NCBI RefSeq assembly: GCF_009914755.1
Contig: NC_060929.1
Length of the DNA: 64,000 nucleotides
DNA from: the human T2T-CHM13v2.0 reference genome, Homo sapiens
Strand: one strand, 5' to 3'
Positions 36,651 through 52,202 of the stretch are shown piece by piece; position 1 is the first letter of the stretch, and each line of letters begins with the position of its first letter. Position numbers and translations under genes: made by a program. The notes under the pieces are model-generated. The model was given only the letters and a program-made list of their open reading frames with translations. It was not told the origin of the DNA and searched no databases.

Positions 36651-38449
36651 GACTATCCATCTGTATATATGCCTAAAAATATATTGGACTAAGCGTCTTA
36701 CTGATGATATTGGTTTTTCCGATACAGAGATTTGATGTGATTTCTTTTTACATTTGTCCTCACATGTTTTTCATTGTATTAAATATCTATGAAAAGGTAG
36801 TGTTAGTTACCAAAACCTGATTTAAAAATCAAAAAAAGAACACTGAAAGCACTACACCAAAATGTTTATTGGTAATTCTAGTGTTAATTCCAGGGGTAAA
36901 TTCTAGTATATGGCAATATAGATGCTTATTTTCTTGTTACGTCTTTGAATTTTTAATTTCCCACCAGAATGTGTACAAATGAATAGGCATAAGCCCATCC
37001 TTAGTTTAAAGGTGCAACTACAGCCAAAGAACGTAGAAGGAGGAAAAGGTAAATATCTTTAGAGATTTTTGCTTCGTAGAAAGGCATTTGGGTTGGGCAG
37101 CGGAGATCAAGAAAAATGGCAATTTCAAATGGAGCTGGGTGACAGATGAAAACTCAGCATCCTGAAACAGGGTATGCATAGTATTTTGGGGTACTTTCCT
37201 GTATCAACATAGAGAAGAGGAAGGGTGGCATGGTGGAAGCCTTCTGTTGCCCGTTCACCTCATGAGTCGTGGTTCACAGCAAGCCTGCTGAAGGTTTGCC
37301 AGGCTCATTGGGAACAGGACCCTTCCAGGGGCTGCACCTAGCCCTGTCAGGTGTCACCATTCCTTTCCTACTTGGGAGGAGAACTCCTGGCAGTTGCTTA
37401 AAACCACAGTGTGTGAATGATAATGGGGTGCAGATTCTTCCCCAGTCAGGAGGGAATTCTCAGTCCTTTCCTAACTTTCCATCAAACCCACTGCCTCTGG
37501 GCAAGTTTTGGCTGATCTTTACATTTCTCTTTGGTCCCTAAAAACCTAATGAAAGAGTATATCAAGACAGATTACTACTGAGGATGGGGGATTCAACATG
37601 TAAAAATACTGTGTACAAGGGGCACAGTACATGAGGCATATCTCGTGCATCTCACATAATGTACTCATGTGTAAACAGCCCAGTGATTTTTAAGCATATT
37701 GAGAATTCATCCCAAGGACAATCCCAATGTATTAATTCCTTTGTCTGTTCCAGCAACACTGTTATCCTGTGATCAGTTTTATTTACAACTTAAAAAGACT
37801 GAATGGAAATTATGTATTAAATTTCTACCTCATGCTAGCAAAAAAAGAGCAATGGCAAATAATCTAAAACAACCTAATAAATCAAAATTAGCAGAAATCT
37901 GTCAAACATCAATGAGCAAAACTAAAAGTCTGCGTGATTATAAAGGGCAACTGTGTTACAATTAGAGTTTTAAAATCAGCACAGAAAATTCTATCCTTTT
38001 TCTTTCTGATGAAAGTTATAGTGTTAGCATTTACTTTTTAGGCTTATCAGTACTATGAAAGTAAAATAACATGAAAGAAAAATGAAATGGTGTTTTTAAA
38101 AATGGGTAATATTATCATTTTATAATTTAAAGTTTGGACATCATTTAAAAGTCCCAGTTTCATTCAGTTCACTTCAGTTCACTCATTTGCAAAAGTACAC
38201 ACTTTTTCTCAGTTCAATGAGTGCTAATTCTAAAATGGACAATTCAATAAATAAAAAGATAAGGAAGCTCCTCTGGGTCTGAAAAATGTGAGCAATGATA
38301 GCATGCTTTTTATTCTGGTTTCTAAGAAATTAGCATCTTGAAATAGCTTTCAAAAATGTTATTACACAGCATTAAGCATTTTAAAATTTACCCTTAAAAT
38401 ATTCTAAATTAAAAATAATTCATATCAGGCAGATTTTACTATTTCTTAA

Positions 38450-39826
<1,377 letters not shown>

Positions 39827-39863
39827 TGAACATTCTTTTATATGTCATGCAGTACACAAGTGA

Positions 39864-40033
39864 TCCTTCTTTCTTTCCTTCCTTCCTTCCTTCTTTCCTT
39901 CCTTCCCTCTCTCTCTCCCTCCCCCCTCCCTCCCTCCCTCCCTTCCTTCCTTCCTTCCTTTCTCTTTCTGTCTTCCTTCCTCACTCCCTTCCCCCTCTCC
40001 TGTCTTTCTCTCTCTCTCCCTCCCTCCCTTTTT
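39864..40033. repeat. Polypyrimidine (CCTT/CCCT/CT)n tract
   Basis: About 170 bp, almost entirely C/T. Confidence 0.95.
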
Positions 40034-40780
40034 AAAAAATAAGTATATAGTTATAAATCTCTGGGTCATAATATATGTAGTCCTTTATCTTTACACTTTA
40101 ACCTATGCTGTAATAACAATTCCTTTTTTTTTTTTTTTGTTTGCCAATTTGGTCATTATAACATGCTATCTCACCGATGCTTAGTCTTTATTTTCTAAAT
40201 TGCTAATGAATTTGAAGAAATTTTTAATATTATTTGTTAGGAATAAATGTTTGTTTTTGTTTCTAGCACAGTATGTTTCTGTCTTTTGCCCATTTTTTCT
40301 ATTATTTGTTTTTCTCCATGATTTGCAATATTTTTATTTATTCTGGGTACTAATTTTAAGCAATTATCTTGTTGAAAATATCATCTCCCAGAGTATGTCT
40401 TCTTTTTATGTTTTTCCCCCTGGTGTTCCAAGTTGAAAACAGATTTTTTGTTTTTTACTAATGTAGTCAAAACACATTATCATTTTAATTTATGATTAAT
40501 ACTTTTCAGTATTATTTAAGTAATCTCAGCAGAACCCATGAACATAAAATACTCTTCTACATTCTCTTCAATAAAATCTCCATTTTTGGCTTTGCATATT
40601 TAAGGCTAATCAAACTTAATTGTTATGTGTGAGATGAGGAAGAAATCTTTGTTGACTTTTGCTATATAGAGGATCAAATGTCCTGGCACAGTATATTGTA
40701 TACTATTTTATTTGCAATGCTGGATCTTTCTTTTATCAAGTTTCCAGTTCCCATATTTCCCACTTGATTTTTTTACTCTA

Positions 40781-43069
40781 TGTATTAGTCCATTTTCATA
40801 CTGCTATGAAGAAATATCTGAGACTGGGTCATTTATAAAGAAAAAGAAGTTTAATGGACTCACAGTTCCACATGAGTGGGAAGTCTTCACAGTCACGAAG
40901 CCCATGAAATCATTTTGCAGAAGGCAAAGGAGGAGCAAAGGAGGTGGCAGGCAAGAGAGCATGTGCAGGGAAACTGCCCATTATAAAACCAGCAGATCTC
41001 ATGAGACTTATTCACTATCACGAGAACAGCATGGGAAAACCTGCCCTGATGATTCAATCACCTCCCACTGCTCCCTCCCATGACACGTGGGGATTATGGG
41101 AGCAACAATTCAAGATGAGATTCGGGTGGGGACACAGCCAAACCATATCATTTCGCCCCTCCCCACCCCAAATCTCATTTCCTCACATTTCAAAATCATG
41201 CCTTCCCAACAGCCCCCAAAGTCTTAACTCATTTCAGCATTAACTCAAAAGTCCACGTCCAAAGTCTCATCTGAGACAAAGCAAGTCCCTTCTCCCTATG
41301 AACCTGTAAAATTAAAAGCAAGTTAGTTACGTCCTAAATACAATGAGGGTACAGGCAATGGGTAAATACACCCATTCCAAATGGGAGAAATTGGCCAAAA
41401 TGAAGAGGCTACAGGCCCCATGCAAGTCCAAAATCCAGGGAGGCAGTCAAATCTTAAATCTCCAAAATGATCTCCTTTGGCTCCATGTCTCACATCTAGG
41501 TCACTCTGATGCAAGAGGTGGGTTCCCATGGTCTTGGGTAGCTCTGCTTCTGTGGTTTTGCAGGGTACAGCCTCCCTCCTGGCTGCTTTCACAGGCTGGT
41601 GTTGAGTGTCTGTGGCTTTTTCAGGCACACAATGGAAGCTGTTGGTGGATCTACCATTCTGGGGTCTGGAGGATGGTGGCTCTCTTCTCATAGCTCTACT
41701 AGGCAGTGCCCCAGTGGGGACTGTGTGAGAGCTCCAACCCCACATTTCCCTTCTGCACTGCCCTAGTAGAGGTTCTCCATGAGGACTCTGCCCTGTAGTA
41801 CACTTCTGCCTGGACATCCAGGCATTTCCATACATCCTATGAAATTTAGGTGGAGGTTCCCAAACCTCAATTCTTGACTTCTGTGCACCTGCAAGCTGAA
41901 CACCATGTGTAAGCTGCCAAGGCTTTGGACTGCACCCTCTGAAGCCACAGCCTGAGCTGTATGTTGGCTCCTTTTAGCCATTGCTTGGATGCAGGGCATG
42001 AAGTCCTGAGACTGCACAAAGCAGCAAGGCCCTGGGCCCAGTCCACAAAACCATTTTTTTCCTCCTAGGTCTCTGGATATATAATGGGAGGGACTGCTGT
42101 GAAGACTTCCATCATGCCCTGAAGACATTTTCCTCATTGTCTTGGTGATTAACATTTGGCTCCCAGTTATTATACAAATTTCTGCAACTGGCTTGAATTT
42201 CTTCTCAGAAAATGGTCTTTTTATTTTTTATCACATTGTCAGGTTGCAAATTTTCTGAACTTTTTTGTTCTGTGTCCCTTTTAAACATAAGTTTCAATTC
42301 CAAACCATATATTCATGAACGAATAAAACTGAATGCTTTTAACGGCACCCAAGTCACATCTTGAAAGCTTTGCTGCTTAGAAATTTCTTCCACCAGTTAC
42401 CCTAAATAATCTCTCAAGTTCAAAGTTCCACAGATCTCTAGGGCAGGGACAAAATGCTGCCAGTCTCTTTGCTAAAGCATAGCAAGAATCACCTTTGGTC
42501 CAATTCCCAATAAGTTCCTCATCTCCATCTGAGACCACCTCAGCCTGGACTTTTTGGTCAAAACTATTCAACAAGTCTCTAGGAAGCTCTAAACTTCCCC
42601 ACATTGTCCTGTCATCTTCTGGGCCCTTCAATCTCTTCCAACCTCTGCCTGTTACTCAGTTCCAAAGTCACTTCCACATTTTTGAATCTTATTAGCAGTG
42701 CCCCACTCTACTGATACCAATTTACTATATTAGCCCATTTTCATACTGCTGTGAAGAAATATCTCTGACTGCTTAATTTATGAAGAAAAAACAGGTTTAA
42801 TGGATTCACAGTTCCACATGGATGGGGAGGCCTCACAATCATGGCGGAAGGTGAAGGAGGAGCAAAGGCATGTCTTACATGGCAGCAGACACGACAGTGT
42901 GTGCAGGGGAACTGCCCATTTAAAACCATCAGATCTGGTGAAACTCATTCATTATCATTAGAACTGCAAGGGAAAATCCCACCCCAATGACTAAATTACT
43001 TCCCAAGGGGTCTCCCCATGACATTTGGGAATTATGAGATTTGGGTGGGGACACAGCCATACCATATCA
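40781..43069 (-). mobile_element. Full-length THE1C/D MaLR provirus (LTR-int-LTR)
   Basis: LTRs at 40781-41150 and 42726-43069 flank about 1.6 kb of THE1-int (aaagtctcatctgagacaa, aaatgggagaaattggccaaaa, ctaggcagtgccccagtggggact). TSD ctcta/cttta. Confidence 0.95.
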
Positions 43070-43784
43070 CTTTATGTTATTTGTTTATTCCTGCACTACA
43101 GATTTATAGGATATGGTATTGCTTGGCAGACAAATTCACCTGTCTTAATTTTCTTAAGAGTATCTAGGCCATTCATGGATTTTTGTACCTTTATGCTCAT
43201 TTTAGAAATATGTATTCAAGTTTAGGTTCAGAGTTAAGTTGAAATCACTTTTTATCCACAGACTAGAATGGCTAACACATTTTTAGTCTTATTTAAAAAA
43301 TCTCAATCTAACCTCTGATCATAAAGACCTTTACTTTTTTTGTCTTTTTAAAATTATTATATTGGGTTCTTGGCCAATTTCCATTTGATTTGTTCCTAAG
43401 AACACTGTATTTTTGTTGCCATGGTAAAAGGACATTATTAGTTAAATTTTCTGCTCCTTGCTTTGTAGAGAAATACCATTTTTTTCTGTTGATATTCTAT
43501 CCAGCAACCATTATTTATAATACTTTTTGTTAGAGTTTCTTGAATTTTCTTTGTAGGGAGTCATTTTATTTGCAAATATGACAGTTTTGTTTTTCCTTTT
43601 CTAATCTGTGCCTTTTAATTTTTTTTTTCAAGTTTATTGGTTGGAAGAAATAAAATTGCTTGCACTAAAAAGTTTACCCAAATATGGATTTATCTGTAAC
43701 ATTGTATAGCCTGATCTTCTGTGCCCTTAATTTCCTATCCCCAGATTACTTTGTTAGATCTGGATGCTTGATTACATTTAGATT

Positions 43785-43786
<2 letters not shown>

Positions 43787-43825
<39 letters not shown>
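43787..43825. repeat. (GT)19 microsatellite
   Basis: Pure dinucleotide run. Confidence 0.97.
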
Positions 43826-43828
<3 letters not shown>

Positions 43829-43929
43829 TATAATAGATGATATTTTATATTTCTACTATGAGTCTCATAATGTTTATTCATCTCATTTCTTGAGATGTTG
43901 CCAAACCCAATTATCATTGCCTAGAACTA

Positions 43930-44431
43930 TTTGCTAGACTCCAAAAAGTGGCCACAAATTATTCTCTTCCCTCTTTTCTCTGCTGTCTTTGCAATAGACT
44001 TTTCCACTCCTCCCATGAAAAATGGAATTCACTTCTTGCCCTCTTGACTCTGGGCTGGTGTTGTGATCTGCTTTCATCAGCATAATCCAGGGCATATGAA
44101 TTTGGAGGGCTTAAGCACAGGACTCAAGAGACCTTCTATTCTTGCCCTGTTGCTGCCCTGAAACTACTAGCCTTCTTTAATATAATATGTAGAGAGAAAG
44201 GTTGAGCTGAGAGTCAGTACCAACTGACAGATATGTGTGAAGTCTTTTCAGACAATCTGACTCGATTGACTCTAAATGTATGTTTTCTAGGGGAGACCAG
44301 CATATTGACAAGTTTAGCCCTTATATTCACAGAATTGCCTGTCCAAAGAACTGTAAGCTAATACGTGACTGTTGTTTGTAAATGACCGCATTTTAAGAAT
44401 ATGTATTATGTAATAACAGATACGTGATATA
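43930..44431 (+). mobile_element. MLT1G/H-like LTR
   Basis: aaagtggccacaaatt...ccactcctcccat...cttgactctgggctgg...tgtgatctgcttt...ccaaagaactgtaagc...tgatata. Confidence 0.6.
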
Positions 44432-45907
44432 ATTTTTGTATTTATTATGGGCTACTAAATGATGATATTCTAATTCTATCAATACTTATTATCTGGAATA
44501 CTTGTGTGACACTGACCACTGACTAATTTCTTCCTTGGCCTCCTCCAGCCTGCGGATTTTCAGCGTCTCATTTTAAAAGAGTGTCATTTCTTCCTCTGGT
44601 CTCCTCTTCTAACATTTCTATTTCTATAAGTAAATGTCAATATATCTCCATCCCACAGATATCTTCAGTTTTTCCATTTTTGCTATCTACATGAGAATAC
44701 CTGATTGAGTGAAAAATTTTGGATTTCAAAACTATATGCCCTGTTGGGGCTTCATAAACTGATTTATAAATGCCCTCATCCTCACATATTCACAAAATGT
44801 CCTGTTTCTGCTTTTAGGGGATTTTTGTTATTTTCGCAATGCATTCAAACAAGTAAAATGAACTCTTAGAAGCTAAAATATTACATTGCACAAAAGCCTA
44901 ATGCATAATTGGTAATCATGTATTTTTGTATGATTAAAGCTAATATATTCACTATATGTAAACATGCCTAAGTAGATTTATTTGTTGTTAGAATTCATTT
45001 TATGTATTTCCAAGTACATTAATATACATACATGTTTTAAAGACTTAACCAGCTAAATATTCTGTAGTTGGGAAAAATAAAGTATTTACCCTTTGAATTT
45101 TGAAAAATGTGTTTTATTATATACAAGCAAGTCATATATAAAATATGTTTTGATTTCACACACTATAATTAAATTTCATAATATAAAACCAAGCTCAGTC
45201 AATTCTTTTATTTATCACTTTTTATTCAGGTTTAATTTAACATATCTTTGGGATTAAACTACAATAGTTTTCTACTTTATTCCTTTAGGTATTTTATGAT
45301 AAACTATATAACATCTCTCTGATCTACTCAGGAGGGGCTGTTAGATAAATCTTTTGATTGCAGTAATAAACACAACCGTGTCTCAATTTCCTCTTTCCAA
45401 AAAGGGTGATTTGTGAGGTTTAACTAAAATATAGTATTTGAAATAGAAGGCAACAGGTAAGTAACAGGATTATTTACATAATATATTTTCACAAGTAAAT
45501 ATAATTCACAATTATACCTTTGTTGTTTTTGCTAGTAAAACAAACATGTTAATTAATGAGGATTTTTTTTCTTCTACTGGATGAGAGATCCTCTTGAGCT
45601 AGCTCACTGCAAGGATCCCATAGCAGTCTAAGTCATAGACATAAAAAAGTACATAGTTGTTGGACCTGGGAACTGGGAGTTTGGGACTTACAGCTGCTTT
45701 CTTTCACCATTAATGCACTGATAGTGTCTATCAGTTTTGCTTTTGTCTGTACATCTTTGCATGCTTGCTTTCTTTTCTTGTCTTTTTTTTTTTTTGCCCA
45801 TATTTTTCTGATGTAAAACAATGTAGACACATCTCCCTGACTCTGGGAAAGTTGAATGAAGAAATGCTTGGAAGGGTGAGACTTCAGGCTGCTCACAGAC
45901 TATTACT

Positions 45908-46272
45908 TGCTATCGTCAGAATGTTTGTGTCTCCTCAAAACTCATATGTTTAAATTCTAGCCCCTAAAGTAATGAGGAGGTGGTGGGGCTTTTGTGAGGT
46001 GACTAGATCATGAGGGTGGAACCATCATGAATACGATTAATGCCCTTATGAAAGGAACCCCAGGGAGATCCCTCTTCCCTTCCACCATGTGAGGGCACAG
46101 CCAGAAGTATGCAATCCACAACACAGATGAGGGCCCTCATCAGAAGCCAACCATGCCAGCACCCTGATCTTGGACTTGCCAGTCTCCAGAACCATGACAA
46201 ATTAAATTCTGTTGTTTTTTAAGCCACCCAGTTTATGATATTTTGTTAAAGCAGCCCCAGCAAACTAAAATA
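45908..46272 (+). mobile_element. MLT1A0 LTR
   Basis: tgctatcgtcagaatgtttgtgtctcctcaaaactcatatgtt...accctgatcttggacttgccagtctccagaacc...gcagccccagcaaactaaaata. Confidence 0.88.
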
Positions 46273-48042
46273 GCAATTTTTATCTTCATTTCTTTTACTC
46301 ATGATGTCTCCCTTTCTCTGTGCATCTGCTTCTCTTGGTCCCTCTCTCCTTAGCAGTTATGTCTGGATCTTTACATTCTCCACTTTCCTGTACCCACTGC
46401 TACAGAAAGCCTGTCTCATTCTCAAAGCTCCATGAACTACTTGCTCAAGTTCCCACCCCCCAACTACTCATCTTCTTTTTGGCCTCTGATTCACAAGACT
46501 GAGTACATATAAAATTGTCTCAGTGTAACTTTGTGAAATACGTCACATATCATAGGTTATGGCACTTTCTTGTCAGGAGCTCACTCCTAAACTAGTAGAC
46601 TGAGGTTCACAGGTTGTGTCCCCTAACAAGACGAGGGAGGAACTCAGGAAAGGACAGGACAAGGTTAAGGAATGACGGGTAACCCTGGTAGAAAAAATAT
46701 GGCTCTCACTTTCCAAAGGAAGTAATTGTGCTATCTTGGATAATTTTAAAAAATATTAACATGTAAAAGTCACTTAAAATGATATAGCAAATAAAATAGA
46801 GTTAACTATCAATGAACAGATTTGCTTAACTTACAGTCCAGTCTTCACCAAAGAGCACATCCTAGAGCTCTTTCTGTCCAGCATTATCATAGGATGATTT
46901 GAGAGAAGTTATAATTATGGATTAATATGAAAGACCAAGCTGAATCTCAATCCCTTGAGATTCCATCCATTAATTAAGTCAGGTCACCCAAGAATTACAT
47001 CCTGGGACCATATGGTCCTGAAAGCTTGCAGAATTGCAGCTGCATTTTGGCAGCTTTTCCACTGACTCGCATGAAAGGCTTCTGCAGGAAACAGCATCAG
47101 GCAAGAACACACTGAATTATATGCAAGGAAGCACATCCTTCCCCTCAGTACATCCTATATGAAATCCACTGTCACAAGGTTATATTAGAGATAATCTATG
47201 GGGAAGTCTTACTCTTCCAGGATAATGTTTTATCTTCAATGACAATGAATGCTACATAGGTAACCATCTATGTAGCTCTCTTTCATTTTGCAGCTAGGAA
47301 ATTCAGAGCCAAAATCTAGACTTTTCTATGACTGTCATCTTTTAAAATTCACTTATTTAACTTTTAACCTCTTCCTCCCCTCCCCTCAATATCATAGTTA
47401 TAACTTCTTATTGTAATGCATACCTTCATTTTAATCTTTTAGTTAAAAAAAATCTTGCCTTTTAAATGTTTGTAACCTTAGCTCAGGTGGTTGCATGTAT
47501 ATAACATAAGGCTCCACTCTGACCCAAAGAGAATCATCATAGGATCCAAGCCAGATATATTTCTCTAGAATATTAGTTCCATTATATCTCTACTGGAAAA
47601 AAAAGTCTTTATATATCCCTTTGCTTACAGCAGAACGACAAAATTTACTGTTCAGATTGTCTCCTGTTGTGTGTATAAATTCTTACCTCCATGTGCTTCC
47701 TCATGTGGTTCCATTTCTCCAGGGTGACTTCATTTTTTACCTGACAATGAACGTTCATACAGAATATCACGTCAGTTTATGCTGCTTTGTACTTCCTTAA
47801 ATTATTTTACCCTCCACCTACACTTTGAAATCCAAGTAAAAACCTAAGATTTAACCCTGCTGATCCAGATCACAATAATTCCTTACTTCTCTGACTTCTT
47901 CCGATAGTATTTATTAACTGCATCAGGAAGTCCAGGTTGACTTCATTGAAGTGAAAATCTGCCTTTTGAGCGGCTGCCTAGATAAAAGGTTTTTAGTTTT
48001 GTTCATACAATTGTGTCTTTGCACATGTTCATCTTCTTATCA

Positions 48043-48455
48043 GTGGTGAAGAAAGGAGTTAACATCATGGCACTATCTTCAAAAGGTCTTGCTCTCAGGG
48101 CTGGCCTTTGATTGACATCTGGGAGCTTGACTGTCACAATAGTTTCTCCACTCCTAGTTGATAAGTTTGTTTTGCTACGACAGGGTTGTTGGTACAAACA
48201 ATGTGATTTATGGTGAAAACCTGGGCAGAGGGTATCTATGTGACCAGCTACCAGTAAAAATCTAACTAAATAATAAAACAGATAGTTATAGTAAGTAAGC
48301 CAAAAAAAGGAACACAATACAGAGGGACAAATACTCAAAAGGAAAATTAACAACATCACCAAAAACCTTAGACGTAAGTACAAAGGACACCAGATCTGTG
48401 AGTCCTTCTGTGAATCACCAAACATGTGGCTGGTCTTTGTGACTTCTGAAGACCA
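48043..48455 (+). mobile_element. MER68/MER77-like ERVL LTR
   Basis: gagttaacat...ctatcttcaaaaggtcttgc...ggcctttgattgacatctgggagcttg...caaacaatgtgatttatggtgaa...ggcagagggtatctatgtgaccagc...gtgaatcaccaaac. Confidence 0.7.
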
Positions 48456-48482
48456 CCTGAAATGCTGTTAAAAATGACAGTG

Positions 48483-48788
48483 GGCTGGGTGCAGTAGCTC
48501 ATGCCTGTAATCCCAGCACTTTGGGAGGCCCAGGAGGTCACATCACCTGAGATCAGGAGTTTGAGACCAACTTAGCCAACATGGTGAAACCCTGTCTCTA
48601 CTAAAAATACAAAAATTAGCCAGGCACAGTGGCGGGTGCCTGTAATCCCAGCTACTCAGGAGACTGAGGCAGAAGAACTGCTCGAACCCCCGAGGTGGAG
48701 GTTGCAGTGAGCCAAGATTGCGCCATTGCCCTCCAGCCTGGGCAATAGAGTGAGACTCTGTCTCAAAAATAAATAATAATAAAAAAAA
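48483..48788 (+). mobile_element. AluSx-like
   Basis: Full dimer with 'catcacctgagatcagg' and TSD ...gacagtg. Confidence 0.93.
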
Positions 48789-48953
48789 GACAGTGAAGGT
48801 ATAAAATAGGTATAATTTCACAACGACTAAAAAGGGGATTGGAGTGAGCAATAGTGAAAGAGCACATCACAGTTTGGCAGAAGAAAAGTGTGCAAATTTG
48901 TCCCTAAGAAAGTGTAGCGCAGAAAACAGAGAGGGGAAAAAAATGAGAGTTCA

Positions 48954-49337
<384 letters not shown>

Positions 49338-49360
49338 TCACACTGGTGCCTAAGGGGGTT

Positions 49361-49400
49361 ATTGGAGTCAAAGAATTGGAGTCAAAATATTGGAGTCAAA
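49361..49400. repeat. 14-bp-period mini tandem repeat (attggagtcaaa x3)
   Basis: Copies start at 49361, 49375 and 49389. Confidence 0.9.
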
Positions 49401-50297
49401 GCCCTCTGGTCACCCACACTGGTACTTTTATAAGCTCCAGAGATTAGCTGCTTTCATTTTAGGAAAAAAAACGTCATTTTTAAAAATAAAAAAGAAATGA
49501 CTCCAGGTTGATCTGCAATTTCTTAACTATCTCCCTACCAGTGTGGCACCTGACAAAGCCTACCCAGGTGCCACGAGTTTTCAAGCAACATCTGACACTT
49601 TCATTCTTGTATGTGATTTGACAATCCAGGCTTATCAGACATCTGAGCAGAATTGTACCGCATGTGAGAGCTATATAAAAACATCATTAAACAAAAAACT
49701 TGACAGTTTGTTTTGTATTAAATTCTTTACCTCTCCAATATAGCAGAGGCCTCAGGCAGCTGTTTTATGCACTGAACCCAGCCCTGTGTGGAGGTGACTC
49801 ACCCAAGCTCAGCTGAGCGGAGTATATTCCTCATGCATTTGGTCCGTCTACATTTGTAAGTTTGGCAAGGGAGTGAGCATTTGTTTTTATCTTCCATATG
49901 GCAGGAAAAAAAAAAAAAAAGCAGCAGCAGCAAGCCTGATGAAAGAGGGGATTAAATAAAAGGAGCTGAGATGAGCTGAGATGAGAGGTGGAAAATTAGA
50001 AAGGATCCCAGTCCATGCTGATCCCTTCCATGGAGCGGCTGTCTGCCTCCTGCTGAGACCTCCGCCTCCCGCTGAGTCCTGGAGACACCTCTGTCTGCTC
50101 TCACAGTTTCCCTGTCCTGATTAGACTAGCTCCAGTGGGAGAACAGAGATCTTTATAGACTGCCCTGGTTGGATTTTCAATTGCATCATAATTAAATTCA
50201 ATCTCAGACATATGCATTAGAAACGTAGGTTTTTGTTTTTTAAATGACCAGAACCTAGCACATTACTATATACAGGGCAGGCTCTCGCTTTCTCTCG

Positions 50298-50450
50298 AAT
50301 ATGCATAATATATTAAATATTATTATAGATATTATATTATTTTAATATGTTATGTTATGATAATAGATTATTATTATGAATATTGTATTATTTTCATATA
50401 TTATAATAATGGAATAACATATATTATTATAGTAATATATTTGTATATGT
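50298..50450. repeat. AT-rich low-complexity tract
   Basis: Almost exclusively A/T (tattatata-like). Confidence 0.85.
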
Positions 50451-52113
50451 AACTCAGTAAGTTAAGAATGAACATTTTTATTTTCATTGGCTTCTGTTTC
50501 TCGGCCTTCTGAGGGTATCATCAATCATTAACTCTATCCCTAAAGCTTGTAGCCAGGGCAACGTAAAGGGTTCTTTTCATCCTTTTACACTTGTGGCAGC
50601 CTTTGTCACACATCGCCTCATTACGTTCACTCTGACCTGTTCTACACCTAAAACCCGGAACTGCTGCCAGTCTCCACAATGGCTCTCCCACCCACAGCTC
50701 CCTCTTGCTCGTTGGCTTTGACACAGGGCATCTGTCCCTTGGTCCTACACAGGCTGCGCTCTGGTTTCAGCTCCATCGCCTGCTCTGAGCAAAGAACTCG
50801 CTCCTTAACGACTGATAACTGGAACTTAACTCTGAAGCTCCCTAAACTCAGCTGCAGCCAGCTAGCTTCATTTCAGCCCCACCACGAGAACCAGGACAAC
50901 CTTCTCTTTTTCAAATGAAGTTGGCAAAACCAACACTACTCTACCCACAAGCATGTTGTCAAGATCAAACTGAACAAGTAACTCCATGTGAATATATTTG
51001 TTTTAGATAGCATAGCATGTGATATTGGCCTGTATTGTGATACAAGTTTTAATAACACATGCTACCCTGCACAAAGTCAATCCTTTGGTGAAATTTAGTA
51101 GAGAGTGATGATTAAATGAAAGTAATGGGTCCATTTAGATCAGAAAATATTAAAATTTTGCCAAAGAAAGAAAAATTTTGCCAAAAAATATGACTATTTT
51201 CAAAAAGTTAGATCATGTTTGAAAGTGTAAAAGGTGTTCCCACCACAAGATGTTAATTTTGGCTCCATTCACGGTGAGAAAAACAATGAATCTGACATAA
51301 CTTTTCTTTCTTAGGTAGTGCTGTTTGTTTCACAGTACCCTGATCTCATCCAGGTGTTTTAAAACTGACATTTTATTTCTGATTTTTTTTTTGTGCATAA
51401 GTATAGAAATAAGTTGAGCTTCCTAGAGCATACAGTATCATCTGTTATTTCTTTTTCAACTAAAGTTACAGCACTGACTCATTTATAATTTCCCGGCATT
51501 TGGCCCATCTTTAAAATTCTTAAAATTATAGCTAAAAGCCTTGCAGAGACTTTTGCCAACACCTTAAGTATCTTATTAATTGGGTTTGAAAATTATGTCT
51601 AGACTGGACATTCAATTCATTCAATTAAAATTAATGAGAATGCATAAGGCTGCTGGTTCAGAGTTGAGTTCTTGCCAACCTATCTCTAACCAAAAGTAAA
51701 ATATGCTAAATTTTGGACAAAGTCCCTGTCACAATCACCGAATGATCACAGAGTGCTTCATCATTGCCAGTGACTACTCAATACCCCTTTCCACTATTTC
51801 TAAAGTTCCCATTGTCCCATGGAATTGATGAAAATCAGTAAACAGTTCTTGGCTGTAGCTTTGACACATAGTGTGGTGTATTTCAGGGTACCATGAAGCC
51901 TACGGTTGTTTTGCAGGATTAAATAGTCCTGGGCTGGCTGGAAAGACTTATTTGAAGTTGTGGAAAATAAATGTTTGAAAAAATAATTTTTAAAACCAAT
52001 ATTTACAGAGAAGAATTTTGAAATATTTTTATTTGTCTTATTTGATTTTCTTTAGACTCAAGCTCCACCATTTAGAAATTATTCCTCTGGTTCTAGTTGA
52101 AGACATGATTGCA

Positions 52114-52202
52114 TTGGAAAGAAACATATTGAAAGGAAATAATTTAATTCAGACCATTAGTAAACATACTTGTAATATTATTTTATTCTTAGCTATCCAA
52201 GT
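52114..52202 (+). repeat. 89-bp dispersed duplication, copy 1
   Basis: Ungapped match to 54215-54303 with 11 mismatches. Confidence 0.92.

Noticed and set aside
39842-40069. Low-complexity S/L/P/F and G/R/E/K ORFs
   Set aside because: They are translations of the CCTT/CT polypyrimidine tract.
41323-42695. 116-170-aa ORFs, with homologous ORFs at 61190-62266
   Set aside because: They are THE1/MST internal-region remnants. The apparent paralogy reflects two copies of the same MaLR family.
49361-49400. attggagtcaaa x3 as a possible array or binding-site cluster
   Set aside because: A 14-bp-period slippage repeat explains it, and nothing supports a function.
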